A stretch of 64,000 nucleotides of DNA from an uncultured bacterium (GTDB taxonomy: Bacteria > Fermentibacterota > Fermentibacteria > Fermentibacterales > JCC-6), in assembly GCA_964553045.1 (NCBI GenBank), contig CAZKJG010000011.1, positions 4,644-68,643 on the forward strand, read 5' to 3'. The notes under the pieces were generated by a model. The model did no database searches and was not told where the DNA came from. It saw only the letters and a list, made by a program, of their open reading frames with translations. Both the position numbers and the translations under genes were made by a program. This document shows, one piece after another, positions 30,820-41,055 of this stretch (position 1 is the stretch's first letter; each line of letters begins with the position of its first letter).

Positions 30820-32121
30820 TCAGTCCCCGCTCCAGGCCGGGGGTGCAGGTACGCGGCCGTCCAGGTGCACTCGCAGAACGTCCACCATGGGCCCGTGGTC
30901 CCGGGCCCCCGCCATCTCCCTTATGGAGTGCATGGAGAGCATGGGGTTGCCGACGTCCACGCTGTGGACGCCGAGGCCCGACGCCGTTATGGGCCCGATT
31001 GTGCTCCCGCAGGGCATGTCGTTCCTGCTGACGAAATGCTGCACCTCCACTTCGGCCTCTTCGGCGCACAGCCGGAAATAGGCGGAGGTGTCGGGCGACG
31101 ATGTATACCGCTCCTGGGCGTTGATCTTGATCACCGGGCCCCCGTTGATTACCGGCCGCGCCCTGCTGTCGTGCCTGTCCGACCAGTTGGGGTGGACCGC
31201 ATGCGCTCCATCCGCCGAGACCTGCATGGAGAGCGAGAGGGCCCGAAGGAGCTCCTCCCTGCCGGGACAGAGCCTCTCCAGCACCGAATGGGCCAGGTTG
31301 GAACCGGCTCCGTTGAGCGTTCCAGACCCCACTTCCTCGCTGTTGAACAGGCAGACCACGGATGTGCTCTGCGAGGGGGACGAATCCAGCATTGCGGCCA
31401 CAGAGGCGTGACACATGGCCAGGTTGTCGATACGTCCTCCCAGCACGAACTCGCCGTCCGCACCACCCAGCGCCGCGGGCTGAGCATCGTAGAGCTCCAG
31501 GTGCAGCCCCAGAACGAGATCATCACTGACTCCGCAGGCCTCCGCCGCAAGGCGGCGTATGCCCTCCAGACCCGCCTCCTCCCCGCCTGCAATCACCGGA
31601 AGGTGCTTCTCCCTGTCTATGGTGAAGCCCTTCTTGTTCACCTCCCTGTTGAGGTGGATTGCCGGGGTCGCTATGCGGCATACGGGGGCCTCCAGCCTGA
31701 ACCTTGCCGTTGAGACTCCGTCTCCGTCCCTGGCCACCAGCCTTCCGGCCAGCCGAAGGTCCCTGTCGAACCAGGTGGCGAGTATGGGGCCGCCGTATAT
31801 CTCCAGAGCCAGTGTTGTCAGTCCCTGGCGGGTCTGCTCCGGCTCCGGCTTGAGACGGAATCCGGGGGAATCCGTATGGGCTCCGATTATCCTGAAACCC
31901 ACCTCTTCCGGTGGCATGCTGCCCATGCGTACGGCTACCAGCGCATCGGAGGAGCGCGTTGTGTAGAAGAGGTCTCCCGGCGACGGAGCCCAGGGGTCGG
32001 ACTCGGAGAGGGGGCGGAATCCCGCCTCATTCAGCATCCTCTGCGTCTCGGCCACTGCGTGGGAGGCCGTGGGGCTTCGGTTGATGTACTCCAGAAGCGC
32101 TTCGGCTCTGTGATCGGACAT
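30820..32121 (-). CDS. M18-family aminopeptidase (aspartyl aminopeptidase-like)
   Basis: 433 aa with conserved M18 blocks (IIGAHTDSPGFRLKP, VHSVDVGNPMLSMHSIRE). Confidence 0.75.
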   Translation of the reverse strand: MSDHRAEALLEYINRSPTASHAVAETQRMLNEAGFRPLSESDPWAPSPGDLFYTTRSSDALVAVRMGSMPPEEVGFRIIGAHTDSPGFRLKPEPEQTRQGLTTLALEIYGGPILATWFDRDLRLAGRLVARDGDGVSTARFRLEAPVCRIATPAIHLNREVNKKGFTIDREKHLPVIAGGEEAGLEGIRRLAAEACGVSDDLVLGLHLELYDAQPAALGGADGEFVLGGRIDNLAMCHASVAAMLDSSPSQSTSVVCLFNSEEVGSGTLNGAGSNLAHSVLERLCPGREELLRALSLSMQVSADGAHAVHPNWSDRHDSRARPVINGGPVIKINAQERYTSSPDTSAYFRLCAEEAEVEVQHFVSRNDMPCGSTIGPITASGLGVHSVDVGNPMLSMHSIREMAGARDHGPMVDVLRVHLDGRVPAPPAWSGD

Positions 32122-32166
32122 GTTCCTCCAGACTTTCAGCCGTCAATCCGTTGCTTTGCGGTTCCT

Positions 32167-35100
32167 CTATCCGAGAACCTTCCTGCCCGCTTCCGGCGCG
32201 GCTTTCACCGCCGAGATGCGGCCGGCGTTCGAGGTCCTCCCCCTGACCTGGTGCATGAAGGCCTCGAGACGGGCCAGGTTGTCGGTGTCCTCCTGTCCGT
32301 CGAAGGCCAGATTTATCCAGGGCAGCTCCGGATGCTCCCTTCTCAGCCTCTTGGACACGGCGGTTACGATGGTGCCCGGAAGGCAGGTGAATGGAAAGAT
32401 GTTGACCGCCCCGTCTATTGTGCCCCGGGCAAGATACGCCAGGGGAGCGCCGACGCAGAGCACCGCCTCGCCGCCGGGGTTCTCACGCATGTAGGGTCGC
32501 GCGGACTCCAGAATCTCCCGGGAGGTAAGTGCGGGCCTGTCGAGGAGAATCCCGTCGAAGGGAGCCTCCATTCGAGAGCGTATGCGATGTATGGCCAGGC
32601 CCTTGATCTTGCCCTTCAGCGCCGACAGAAGCCGGCCCCTCGCCAGCGCCCTCATCACGTGCGAGTGGCTCACGTACTCGAACCACTCCACCAGGGGGGT
32701 GGGCAGAACCTCCCCGCCCAGCTTCTCTATGTGGTCTACGGTGTGTCCGTTGGCGTAGGGGTCGTTGCGGACGTAGATCTCGCCGAAAACGTACACGAGG
32801 GGCCTCTGCCCCGCCTCAGCCAGCTCCGAGAGCTCAAATGCCGCCTCTTGGAGCCTGTCCCGCAGGCCGTCCCCGGACTCCATGGCCTCTGTGAGTCCGG
32901 CCAGAGCCCTTCCGTAGGCCTCATCGGCGGCCCCCGGCTCCATCTCGTAGGGACGAACGCGGAGCAGTCCCCTGTGCAGAACGTCCGCTGCGGCTATGCC
33001 CCGCAGCAGGTCCAGCTGAAAGCCCGGCCCGGAAAGGCCCGGCATACCGCCGTAGGAGCCCGCTGAGCTGGAGGTCAGAACGGGGACCCCGCCGTAACCC
33101 CTGCGCCTGAGAAGCAGCCTCTGGAAGCTGCAGTACTGGCCGAACCGGCAGGGCCCCGAGGCGGTGCCCATGAAGAACGCGGTTTCTTTCGGATCCTCCC
33201 GTTTCAGTATCCGCAGCATGTTGCCGGAGGTGATGATGGATGGGTAGCACTCCTTTCCCGTAGTAGCCTCCCGCCCCGCGGATACGGTCTTCCGGCAAGT
33301 GGGGGGTATGGCGCGGGCGTCTACCCCCCGTTTCCTGACGGCGGCGGCCGCCATCCTGCTGGCGTCGCTCATAAGCGGTATCCACAGCGTTTTCTCACCC
33401 GGAGCCCTCTCAGCGGTGTTCAGGGTCTCCCGGTAGGGCGACGTTCCTTCGGATCGGCGTCCCCTGAGGGAATCAAGGAAGGCCTCGCAGCGGGTGATGA
33501 TTCCGGCGTCCGCCGCATGCTCATCTATCTCCAGCGTCAGGTATGGCTTCCTGCCCATGACCTCGTCGAAGACATGCTGGATGAAGGAGTCCGGCCCGCA
33601 GCCGAAGTTGGTCAGATAAACCGCGTTGAGCCTGGGGTCCTCCCGAATGGCCAGAGCCGCGGCCAGGATCCTCTGTCCGTAGTGCCAGTACATGTTGCGG
33701 TGAACCTTCGAGGCCCTGTCGAGAGGCAGATCCAGGAAGTCCATGGGGATCACCCGCGCCCCCAGCCTGGAGAGCTTCTCGGGGATGTCGATGCTGACCG
33801 TTGTGTCGGCGCTGTTGTACGGCCTGGCTACCACCACCAGCGACACCTCGTCATCGGCGATCTCCCCCAGGGCCTCTCTTCCCGCCCGAAGCAGAGAGGC
33901 GCCGAACGCCCTTTGCGCTTCGGCGGCTGCCCTGCAGGCCCTGCGGGCCCGGGCGGCGGGAAAGCCCATCTCCTCGGCCATTCGAACCATGGTCTTGCGC
34001 CACCGGCCCCGGGAGGAGAGATCGAGGACTGGAGCCAGAAGCCCGGCCCGACCGTTCTCGGAGAGCCCGAGGCCGGCATCGAGCACGTAGGGGGAGCCCT
34101 GCACGAAGGGACAGCTGTAGTTCTCGCTGAAGCCGCCGGGGTCTCCGGCCCGTTGAAGGGAGGGGAGAAATACGAGGTCCACATTGCGGTCCAGGAGGTC
34201 GAGCACATGGCCATGGGCTATCTTCATGGGGAAGCAGGTCTCCGCGGCCACGTTCTCCACACCCCGGTGAACCACCCTCGCGCTGGAGGGCGAGGAGACT
34301 ACGACGCGCATTCCCAAAGCCTCGAAGAAGGCGCGGAAGAAAGGATAGCGCTCCCAGAACCACAGGGCCCTCGGTAGGCCTACAGTTGTCCGTCCGTCGG
34401 CAGGATCCTCGACCGATTCTGTTTCGTCCGCGCCCAGGATGCGCAGCCTTTCGGGGAAGTGGTTGCGACCCCTGTCGAAGCGGCCGGAATCCCTTTCGTA
34501 GCGCTCGCACCTGCCGCCGTAGAACAGCGTCCGCCCATCCTCCAGCTCAACCCGGTGTATCTCGCATCTGTTGCTGCATCCGCTGCACACGAACGAGCTC
34601 TGGGAGTAGCCCTCATCCGCCAGGCTGAAGCCCTGGAAGGCGCTTTCGGACGTCCCTCCCCGCGTCATGTGCTCCCGCGCCAGAAGGGCCGCCCCTATGG
34701 CCCCGGTAACGTCATGGTGCGGGGGAACCCGGACGTTGCCCCTCTCTCCAAGAACCGAGTTGAAGGCGGCTACCACGCCCTTGTTGTAGGCGGTGCCCCC
34801 CTGGAAGAATATCCTGCTTCCGATCCTCCGCTCCCCCACCACCCGGTGGAGATAGTTGCGGACGATGGAGTAGCAGAGACCGCCCACGATGTCCCCGGTC
34901 TCGGTGCCCGTGGCCTGATGGGAGACCACGTCGCTCTCCATGAACACGGTGCACCTCTCCCCCAGCTGGGCCGGAGAGGGAGATTCCAGGGCCGTGTCGC
35001 CGAAGTCCCTGATGTCCAGGCCCAGTCGCTCCGCCTGCTCCTCGAGGAACGAGCCGGTGCCGGCGGCGCACACCTTGTTCATCTCGAAGTCGACCACGCG

Positions 35101-36390
35101 CCCGTCGCGGAGGGATATGTACTTGGAGTCCTGACCTCCGATCTCGAAGATGGTATCCACCTCAGGGTCGATCTCCACGGCAGCCCGGGCCTGGGCCGTT
35201 ATCTCGTTGCGGACCACGTCGGCTCCCACGAAATCCCCGACCATGTACCGCCCGGAGCCAGTGGTGCCGACTCCCCGCACCGCGACCTGCTCCGGCAGCT
35301 CCCTGGATATCCCCGCCAGGCCTGTCTTTACGGCTTCCAGGGGCCTTCCGGCTGTCATCAGGTACCTCTTGGCCGCAAGCCCTCCGGTCGCCACGTCCAG
35401 GGCCACTACGTTGGTGCTGATCGAACCCACGTCTATACCCAGGTACACCTCGGAGCTTCCCGGGGCCTCCAGCGAGGAGGCCGGCGGCTCGGTTCCGGTT
35501 TCCTTGAAGGGGGGCAGGACTTCGCTGCGGCTTCGGCCCCGGGAATCGCCCAGCCGGTGAAGCAGGTCTGCGGGAAGGGCGCCCAGCGAATCTTCCCGGC
35601 CGGCAAGGGCGGCGCCGGCCGCGGTAAGCGTGCCGTAGCCCTCGGGCACGAACAGGCCGCTTCCCTCGCCCAGGACCTCCCGGAATGCCCTGATCATCCC
35701 GCTGTTGGCCGCCACTCCTCCCACGAATGCCACCGGGGACCTGAACTCCTTGCCGGAGGCTATGGAGCTCTTGAAGTTGCGGGCCACCGCGAAGCAGAGC
35801 CCCGCCACGATGTCCCGGACGGGGGTCCCTATCTGCTGAAGGTGGATCATGTCGGACTTCGCGAAAACGCTGCATCTTCCGGCTATTCTGGGCGGGAGCT
35901 CGCACAGCTCGGCTTCCCTGCCCATGCTCTCGGGCTCCAGCCCCAGGCGGGTGGCCTGCTGGTCGAGAAAGGCCCCGGTGCCGGCGGCGCATACGGAGTT
36001 CATAGCGAAGTCGTCGAAGATGTTCTCGCCGTCGGGGCCGTTTCTGAAGAGCAGGAGCTTGGAGTCCTGGCCCCCCATCTCCACTACAGAGCCGACCTCG
36101 GGAAGGAGAACCTCGACCGCCGTGGAAAGGGCAACCACCTCGTTGACCGGACGGGCTCCGATGAGGTCCGTGATCAGGCCCGAGCCGCTGCCGGTCACAG
36201 CGCAGGGAATGCCGTCAAGGCGCTTGGATTCCGAGAGCATGAGGGCCAGGGCCTCACCGGGCCGGCCGTAGTGTCTGCGGTAGCGGTCGAACACGACCGC
36301 TCCATCCCTCAATAGCGCCAGCTTGACGCTTACCGAGCCCAGGTCTATTCCCGCCCGCTCTCTATGCATCTCCGCAGCCTCTGGGATCAT
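32167..36390 (-). CDS. fusion of tandem BadF/BadG/BcrA/BcrD-type ATPase (CoA-enzyme activase) domains with a 2-hydroxyacyl-CoA dehydratase (HgdB/BcrC-like) domain
   Basis: 1407 aa. Two ASKHA/activase repeats (IDLGSVSVKLALL...; LGIDVGSISTNVVAL... with Cys pairs for a bridging Fe-S cluster). A central Cys-rich linker (CSGCSNRC). The C-terminal half is HgdB-like (DUF2229-type). Confidence 0.75.
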   Translation of the reverse strand: MIPEAAEMHRERAGIDLGSVSVKLALLRDGAVVFDRYRRHYGRPGEALALMLSESKRLDGIPCAVTGSGSGLITDLIGARPVNEVVALSTAVEVLLPEVGSVVEMGGQDSKLLLFRNGPDGENIFDDFAMNSVCAAGTGAFLDQQATRLGLEPESMGREAELCELPPRIAGRCSVFAKSDMIHLQQIGTPVRDIVAGLCFAVARNFKSSIASGKEFRSPVAFVGGVAANSGMIRAFREVLGEGSGLFVPEGYGTLTAAGAALAGREDSLGALPADLLHRLGDSRGRSRSEVLPPFKETGTEPPASSLEAPGSSEVYLGIDVGSISTNVVALDVATGGLAAKRYLMTAGRPLEAVKTGLAGISRELPEQVAVRGVGTTGSGRYMVGDFVGADVVRNEITAQARAAVEIDPEVDTIFEIGGQDSKYISLRDGRVVDFEMNKVCAAGTGSFLEEQAERLGLDIRDFGDTALESPSPAQLGERCTVFMESDVVSHQATGTETGDIVGGLCYSIVRNYLHRVVGERRIGSRIFFQGGTAYNKGVVAAFNSVLGERGNVRVPPHHDVTGAIGAALLAREHMTRGGTSESAFQGFSLADEGYSQSSFVCSGCSNRCEIHRVELEDGRTLFYGGRCERYERDSGRFDRGRNHFPERLRILGADETESVEDPADGRTTVGLPRALWFWERYPFFRAFFEALGMRVVVSSPSSARVVHRGVENVAAETCFPMKIAHGHVLDLLDRNVDLVFLPSLQRAGDPGGFSENYSCPFVQGSPYVLDAGLGLSENGRAGLLAPVLDLSSRGRWRKTMVRMAEEMGFPAARARRACRAAAEAQRAFGASLLRAGREALGEIADDEVSLVVVARPYNSADTTVSIDIPEKLSRLGARVIPMDFLDLPLDRASKVHRNMYWHYGQRILAAALAIREDPRLNAVYLTNFGCGPDSFIQHVFDEVMGRKPYLTLEIDEHAADAGIITRCEAFLDSLRGRRSEGTSPYRETLNTAERAPGEKTLWIPLMSDASRMAAAAVRKRGVDARAIPPTCRKTVSAGREATTGKECYPSIITSGNMLRILKREDPKETAFFMGTASGPCRFGQYCSFQRLLLRRRGYGGVPVLTSSSAGSYGGMPGLSGPGFQLDLLRGIAAADVLHRGLLRVRPYEMEPGAADEAYGRALAGLTEAMESGDGLRDRLQEAAFELSELAEAGQRPLVYVFGEIYVRNDPYANGHTVDHIEKLGGEVLPTPLVEWFEYVSHSHVMRALARGRLLSALKGKIKGLAIHRIRSRMEAPFDGILLDRPALTSREILESARPYMRENPGGEAVLCVGAPLAYLARGTIDGAVNIFPFTCLPGTIVTAVSKRLRREHPELPWINLAFDGQEDTDNLARLEAFMHQVRGRTSNAGRISAVKAAPEAGRKVLG

Positions 36391-36496
36391 GTCAGCAGGA
36401 CCGGCCCTTTCCGGAAGACGCCAATATAACGGGGCCGGCTTGGTGCGCTATCGTCCGCATCCGTCATCGCCGGGCGACAGCCTGGCTTCCTGCCCC

Positions 36497-36832
36497 TCAG
36501 TAGGCGTACTCCAAAGACAGCCTGTCTCCGTAGATGCCGATCCAGACCGCCTCCGGCGCCTCGTCCCTGCCCTCGGGCATGTTGACTGTCTCCGTACGCG
36601 CCCGACCGCTGCAGGTGAAGGTCAGTGTAATGGTCGACCCGGGCTGAAGGCCAATGGAACTCTTCACGGTCTTGCCGTCCTCTATCGTCTCCCAGGTGCT
36701 CTCCTGCCCGTCGGACGAAAGCACGACATCTGTGATGGGAGCGTTCATTCCGTTCTTCATCTCGATTCCCGACCCGCCGCAGGAGGCGAGAAGGGCCACA
36801 GCGGTCGCAGTCGTCAGTAATCCAAGCCTCAT
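36497..36832 (-). CDS. small lipoprotein
   Basis: MRLGLLTTATAVALLASCGG lipobox, then 90 aa of beta-rich sequence. Confidence 0.4.
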   Translation of the reverse strand: MRLGLLTTATAVALLASCGGSGIEMKNGMNAPITDVVLSSDGQESTWETIEDGKTVKSSIGLQPGSTITLTFTCSGRARTETVNMPEGRDEAPEAVWIGIYGDRLSLEYAY

Positions 36833-36965
36833 GTGGTCTCCTTTCCTGGTCCGTTCCTGCATAAGTAATAGAATACCCGCAGAGGAGCGAGAATGCCAGT
36901 GGGAACCGAAGGGGCTTTCCTCCGTTGCTGGGATTGGTTAGCTTTTCCCCTTCTCGAATTCGGCT

Positions 36966-39071
36966 ATGCGTATAGGTGGCCCCCGGGCCGGCCCAGCGAA
37001 GGATGAGAGGACAGTCTTGAAGCGATCCCTGCCCCGAGGAGCGGCGCTGGCGGCGGCGCTCCTTCTCGTCGGCGTCTCCCGTGCCTATGTGGGTCCCGGC
37101 GCCGGCTTCGGAATCGTCACCTCCTTCTTCGTCTTCCTCAACGCGCTCCTGGTCTCGCTGGCTTCGCTGCTGTTCTGGCCCGTGATACTGCTTGTACGTA
37201 TCGCCCGCCGGCTTCGCCTGGCCCATCGTCCGCGGGCCAGACGCGTTGTGATCCTGGGCCTGGACGGGCTGTCGCCCCGGGTGGCCGAGGAGCTGATGGA
37301 CCGCGGAGCAATGCCCAACCTGGCCCGCCTGAGGGACAGCGGCACCTTCATGGATCTGCAGACGACCTGCCCCGGCATCTCGCCGGTGGCGTGGTCCTCC
37401 TTTCAGACCGGTTCCAATCCCGGTCGGCACGCGATCTTCGACTTCCTGAAGCCCGACCGCAGGCGATACCTGGCCGTACTGTCGTCGGTCGACACCAGGA
37501 AGACGGAGGCGAGACGGGGGCTGTGGCCATTCCGAGGGCGCCGCAGGGTGACCTCCACCAGGCTGCTTCGAAGGAGCGAGCCCTTTTGGAAGCAGCTGGG
37601 AAGGTGCGGAGTAAGATCGACCGTCCTTCGGGTGCCCATAACCTATCCTCCGGAGAAGCTGGATGGCCATCTGCTCAGCGGAATGTGCGTGCCCGACCTG
37701 CGGGGCACCCAGGGCAGCTATACACTCCTCACCCCGGGTGAGGATCCCCGGGCGACCACCGGGGGAATCGTGCTCACCCTGTCTCGGGGTCCGAAAGGCG
37801 TCTGGAGGGCTTCGGTGCCCGGACCCGAGGGGGAAGACGGGCCGGCACAGGCCACCCTGGAGCTACGGTCCATTCCCGATGGCTACAGGATGACGATCGC
37901 CGGAGAGTCCGCGGATCTGGAGCCGGGGATGCTGGGTCCGTGGATGACGGTGACCTTCGGGGTCGACGGAAGCCGGGTGCGCGGAGTTGTCAGGGGCAGG
38001 GTGACCGAGACCGACGAGGGTCCCCGGGTCTACCTGACCGCCCTGCATGTAGATCCCTCCTCTCCCGCCGTTCCCGTCAGTCATCCCGTAACCTATTCCC
38101 GTTACCTGGCCGGAATGCAGGGACCCTTCGCCACGCTTGGCCTGGCCGAGGATACCTGGGCGCTGTCCAACGGGGCGACGACAGAAGAGGGGTTCTTGGA
38201 GCAGGCGTGGTCGATATTCGAGGAGCGTCGGAAGATGTTCTTCGACGCCCTGAGAAGGACAAGGCGCGGCCTGGTGGCCTGCGTGTTCGATACCTCCGAC
38301 CGGATTCAGCACATGTTCTGGGCCGAAGGAAGGGGTCCGAAAACCCCGATCGAGACGATGTACCGGCGCATGGACGGGCTGATCGGCGAGACCGCCGCGA
38401 CCATGCGCCCCAAAGACCTGCTTATAGTGATGTCGGACCACGGCTTCACCTCCTTCCATACCTGCGTCGACTTCAACCGCTGGCTCGTGGAAGAGGGCTT
38501 CATGACCCTGGAGGATGGGGTGGAGACCGTGGAGACCGGGTTCCACGGTGTCGACTGGAGCCGTACAAGGGCCTATTCGATGGGCCTTGCCGGAATAATG
38601 CTGAACATGCGTGGCCGGGAGAGCCGGGGCATAGTGGAGCCGGGAGAGGAGGCGGCCGCGGTGCTTGCCGATATCGGAAAGGGACTCAAGGCGCTGCGGA
38701 CGGAGGACGGAGACCCGGTGGTCATGGAGACCTGGACGTCCTCGGAGGCCTACAGCGGCCCCTACACCGGAGAGGGACCGGACATGGTGGTCGGTACGTT
38801 CAGCGGATTTCGGGCCGGCTGGTCCTGCGTCACCGGCGGAGTCGGCCCCCGGGTGATCTACCCCAACGAGAGGCACTGGAACGGCGACCACTGTCACGCC
38901 CGATCACAGGTTCCGGGAACGCTGGCGTCGAACTGGGTGTTCGAGGACGATGGCCCTTCGATAATCGATATAGCCCCCACCGTGCTGGACGTTCTGGGGG
39001 CGCCGGTTCCCGAGCACATGGAGGGCAGACCGCTCGAGCCGGCGAGACCGCCGTCGGGAGGGGAGGACTAG
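36966..39071 (+). CDS. membrane-anchored type I phosphodiesterase / nucleotide pyrophosphatase family protein (alkaline-phosphatase superfamily), paralog 1
   Basis: About 100-aa N-terminal membrane region. Then VILGLDGLSP...MPNL metal/nucleophile region, MSDHGFT, and the HCH.. metal site of the NPP fold, with a roughly 150-aa insertion. Confidence 0.65.
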   Translation: MRIGGPRAGPAKDERTVLKRSLPRGAALAAALLLVGVSRAYVGPGAGFGIVTSFFVFLNALLVSLASLLFWPVILLVRIARRLRLAHRPRARRVVILGLDGLSPRVAEELMDRGAMPNLARLRDSGTFMDLQTTCPGISPVAWSSFQTGSNPGRHAIFDFLKPDRRRYLAVLSSVDTRKTEARRGLWPFRGRRRVTSTRLLRRSEPFWKQLGRCGVRSTVLRVPITYPPEKLDGHLLSGMCVPDLRGTQGSYTLLTPGEDPRATTGGIVLTLSRGPKGVWRASVPGPEGEDGPAQATLELRSIPDGYRMTIAGESADLEPGMLGPWMTVTFGVDGSRVRGVVRGRVTETDEGPRVYLTALHVDPSSPAVPVSHPVTYSRYLAGMQGPFATLGLAEDTWALSNGATTEEGFLEQAWSIFEERRKMFFDALRRTRRGLVACVFDTSDRIQHMFWAEGRGPKTPIETMYRRMDGLIGETAATMRPKDLLIVMSDHGFTSFHTCVDFNRWLVEEGFMTLEDGVETVETGFHGVDWSRTRAYSMGLAGIMLNMRGRESRGIVEPGEEAAAVLADIGKGLKALRTEDGDPVVMETWTSSEAYSGPYTGEGPDMVVGTFSGFRAGWSCVTGGVGPRVIYPNERHWNGDHCHARSQVPGTLASNWVFEDDGPSIIDIAPTVLDVLGAPVPEHMEGRPLEPARPPSGGED

Positions 39072-39141
39072 GATTAAGCGCAGGGAATTCCTGAGACTGG
39101 CCTCTCTCTCCCCCCTCGCCCTTCTGGCGCTGAGGTCGGGA

Positions 39142-41055
39142 GTGGGCAGGACGTCGAACGCCGCCCGCAGGGTGATCGTGCTGGCAATCGACGGCATGGA
39201 TCCGGCCCTTCTTCGGAAGTTCGCGTCGGAGGGCAGGATGCCCAACGCCGCCCGGCTGATGCGCATGGGGGGAATGAGTGCCCTGGGCACCAGCAACCCG
39301 CCGCAGAGCCCGGTAGCCTGGTCCGGGTTCATTACCGGAGCCGGGGCGAACGTGCACGGCATATACGATTTCATACACCGCGACGCCGCGACGATGGCGC
39401 CCTTTCTCTCGACGTCGGAGGTTGTCGACTCGGGCGACTCGATCGGCATAGGCAAATGGCGCATTCCCACGGGGGGCGCGGAAGTCCGCCTTCTTCGCAG
39501 AGGCAGGCCCTTCTGGACACACATCACAGATGACGGCATGCCGGCCTCCCTGGTTAAGCTGCCCGTCGACTTTCCCGCCCCCCGGGGACGCGCCCGCATA
39601 CTGTCCGGTCTCGGCACGCCCGACCTCAGAGGAAGTCAGGGCAGCTTCACCTTCTTCACCGACGACCCCAGGGCCCTTTCCGACGATACCGGAGGCGGTA
39701 TCATCCGAGCGGTCCGCGACTACGGGAACGGACTCTACGAGTGCCGTCTGGAGGGCCCGGAGAACACCATGCTCGAGAGCGGGGGAAAGATGGAGGTCCC
39801 CCTGAACGTATGGATCGACCGCGACTCCCGGGGCGTCCGCATAGACGTCTGCGGCGAGAGCGTGGTGCTGGGCGAGGGCGAGTGGAGTCCCTGGGTGTCG
39901 ATATCCTTCGACCTGATCCCCGGCATATCCAGCGTGGGCGGGATAGCGCGCTTCTTCCTCAAGGAGGCCGGCAGGTACCTCAAGCTCTACGTTAGTCCGA
40001 TCAACATCGACCCCAGGAGCCCCGCGCTTCCCATCTCCAGGCCCGACCACCTCTCCGCCGACCTGGCCAGGGCCGTGGGACCGTTCTACACACAGGGCTT
40101 TCCCGAGGACACCAAGGCCCTCTCCCGGGGGGTGTTGACCGACGCGGAGTACATGCAGCAGGCGGAGATCGTCTGGGCCGAGAGGATGCGTCTCTACGAG
40201 CACTCGCTGTCGAATTTCGACGAGGGCCTCTTCTTCTTCTACTTCAGCTCCCTGGATTTGAACGTGCACATGTTCTACCGGGCGATAGACCCCTACAGCC
40301 CCCTTCACTCCGAGGTGGACATGGCCAGCTTCGGCGGCGTGGTGGCCGACCTATACGGCAAGATAGACAGGGCCATCGGCATGGCGATGGACCGCATGGA
40401 CGGCCGGACGGTGCTGCTTGCGCTCTCCGATCACGGCTTCGCTCCCTTCAGGAGGGCCTTCAACCTCAACAGCTGGCTCGCGGCGGAAGGCTACGCCACG
40501 CTGGGTGATCCCTACAGCCGTGACCAGGACATGTACGCGGCCACGGACTGGTCTTCCACCTCGGCCTACGGCCTGGGCCTCAACGGGCTCTACATCAACC
40601 TCCGCGGCCGGGAGAAGGACGGCATTGTACCCGCCGGCGAGAAGGAGGGACTGATGCAAGACCTCGTCTCCCGCCTGGAGGCGGCCACCGATCCCGCCAC
40701 CGGCCAGCGGATGGTGCGGAGGGCCTACATGACCGACAGGGTCTTCGGCCCCGACCAGCCGCCGTGGGCTCCGGACATTCTGGTGGGTTACGCGAACGGC
40801 TACCGCGCCTCCTGGGAGACTACTCTGGGCTCGTATCCCGAGGATGTGATAACCGACAACCTCGACCCCTGGAGCGGCACCCACTGTACAAGTCCGGCCG
40901 TGGTCCCCGGGACCCTGCTCTCCAGCGTACCCATCGCCCTTCCGGACCCCGCCCTGATGGATATGGGCTGCAGCATCTGCGGTCTGATGGGTACCTCCAC
41001 CCGTCCGGCCTTCGGGCGCGACGTCTTCTCCGAAGAAGGCGGGCCGGCCTCCTGA
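39142..41055 (+). CDS. type I phosphodiesterase / nucleotide pyrophosphatase family protein, paralog 2 (probably Tat-exported; true start likely upstream of listed GTG)
   Basis: Motif order matches paralog 1 (VIVLAIDGMDP, LSDHGFA, GTHC). The in-frame upstream sequence encodes IKRREFLRLASLSPLALLALRSG, a twin-arginine signal, with no ATG/GTG/TTG. Confidence 0.65.
   Translation: MGRTSNAARRVIVLAIDGMDPALLRKFASEGRMPNAARLMRMGGMSALGTSNPPQSPVAWSGFITGAGANVHGIYDFIHRDAATMAPFLSTSEVVDSGDSIGIGKWRIPTGGAEVRLLRRGRPFWTHITDDGMPASLVKLPVDFPAPRGRARILSGLGTPDLRGSQGSFTFFTDDPRALSDDTGGGIIRAVRDYGNGLYECRLEGPENTMLESGGKMEVPLNVWIDRDSRGVRIDVCGESVVLGEGEWSPWVSISFDLIPGISSVGGIARFFLKEAGRYLKLYVSPINIDPRSPALPISRPDHLSADLARAVGPFYTQGFPEDTKALSRGVLTDAEYMQQAEIVWAERMRLYEHSLSNFDEGLFFFYFSSLDLNVHMFYRAIDPYSPLHSEVDMASFGGVVADLYGKIDRAIGMAMDRMDGRTVLLALSDHGFAPFRRAFNLNSWLAAEGYATLGDPYSRDQDMYAATDWSSTSAYGLGLNGLYINLRGREKDGIVPAGEKEGLMQDLVSRLEAATDPATGQRMVRRAYMTDRVFGPDQPPWAPDILVGYANGYRASWETTLGSYPEDVITDNLDPWSGTHCTSPAVVPGTLLSSVPIALPDPALMDMGCSICGLMGTSTRPAFGRDVFSEEGGPAS

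Noticed and set aside
34459-36315. 618-aa plus-strand ORF
   Set aside because: Antisense to the activase/dehydratase fusion gene.
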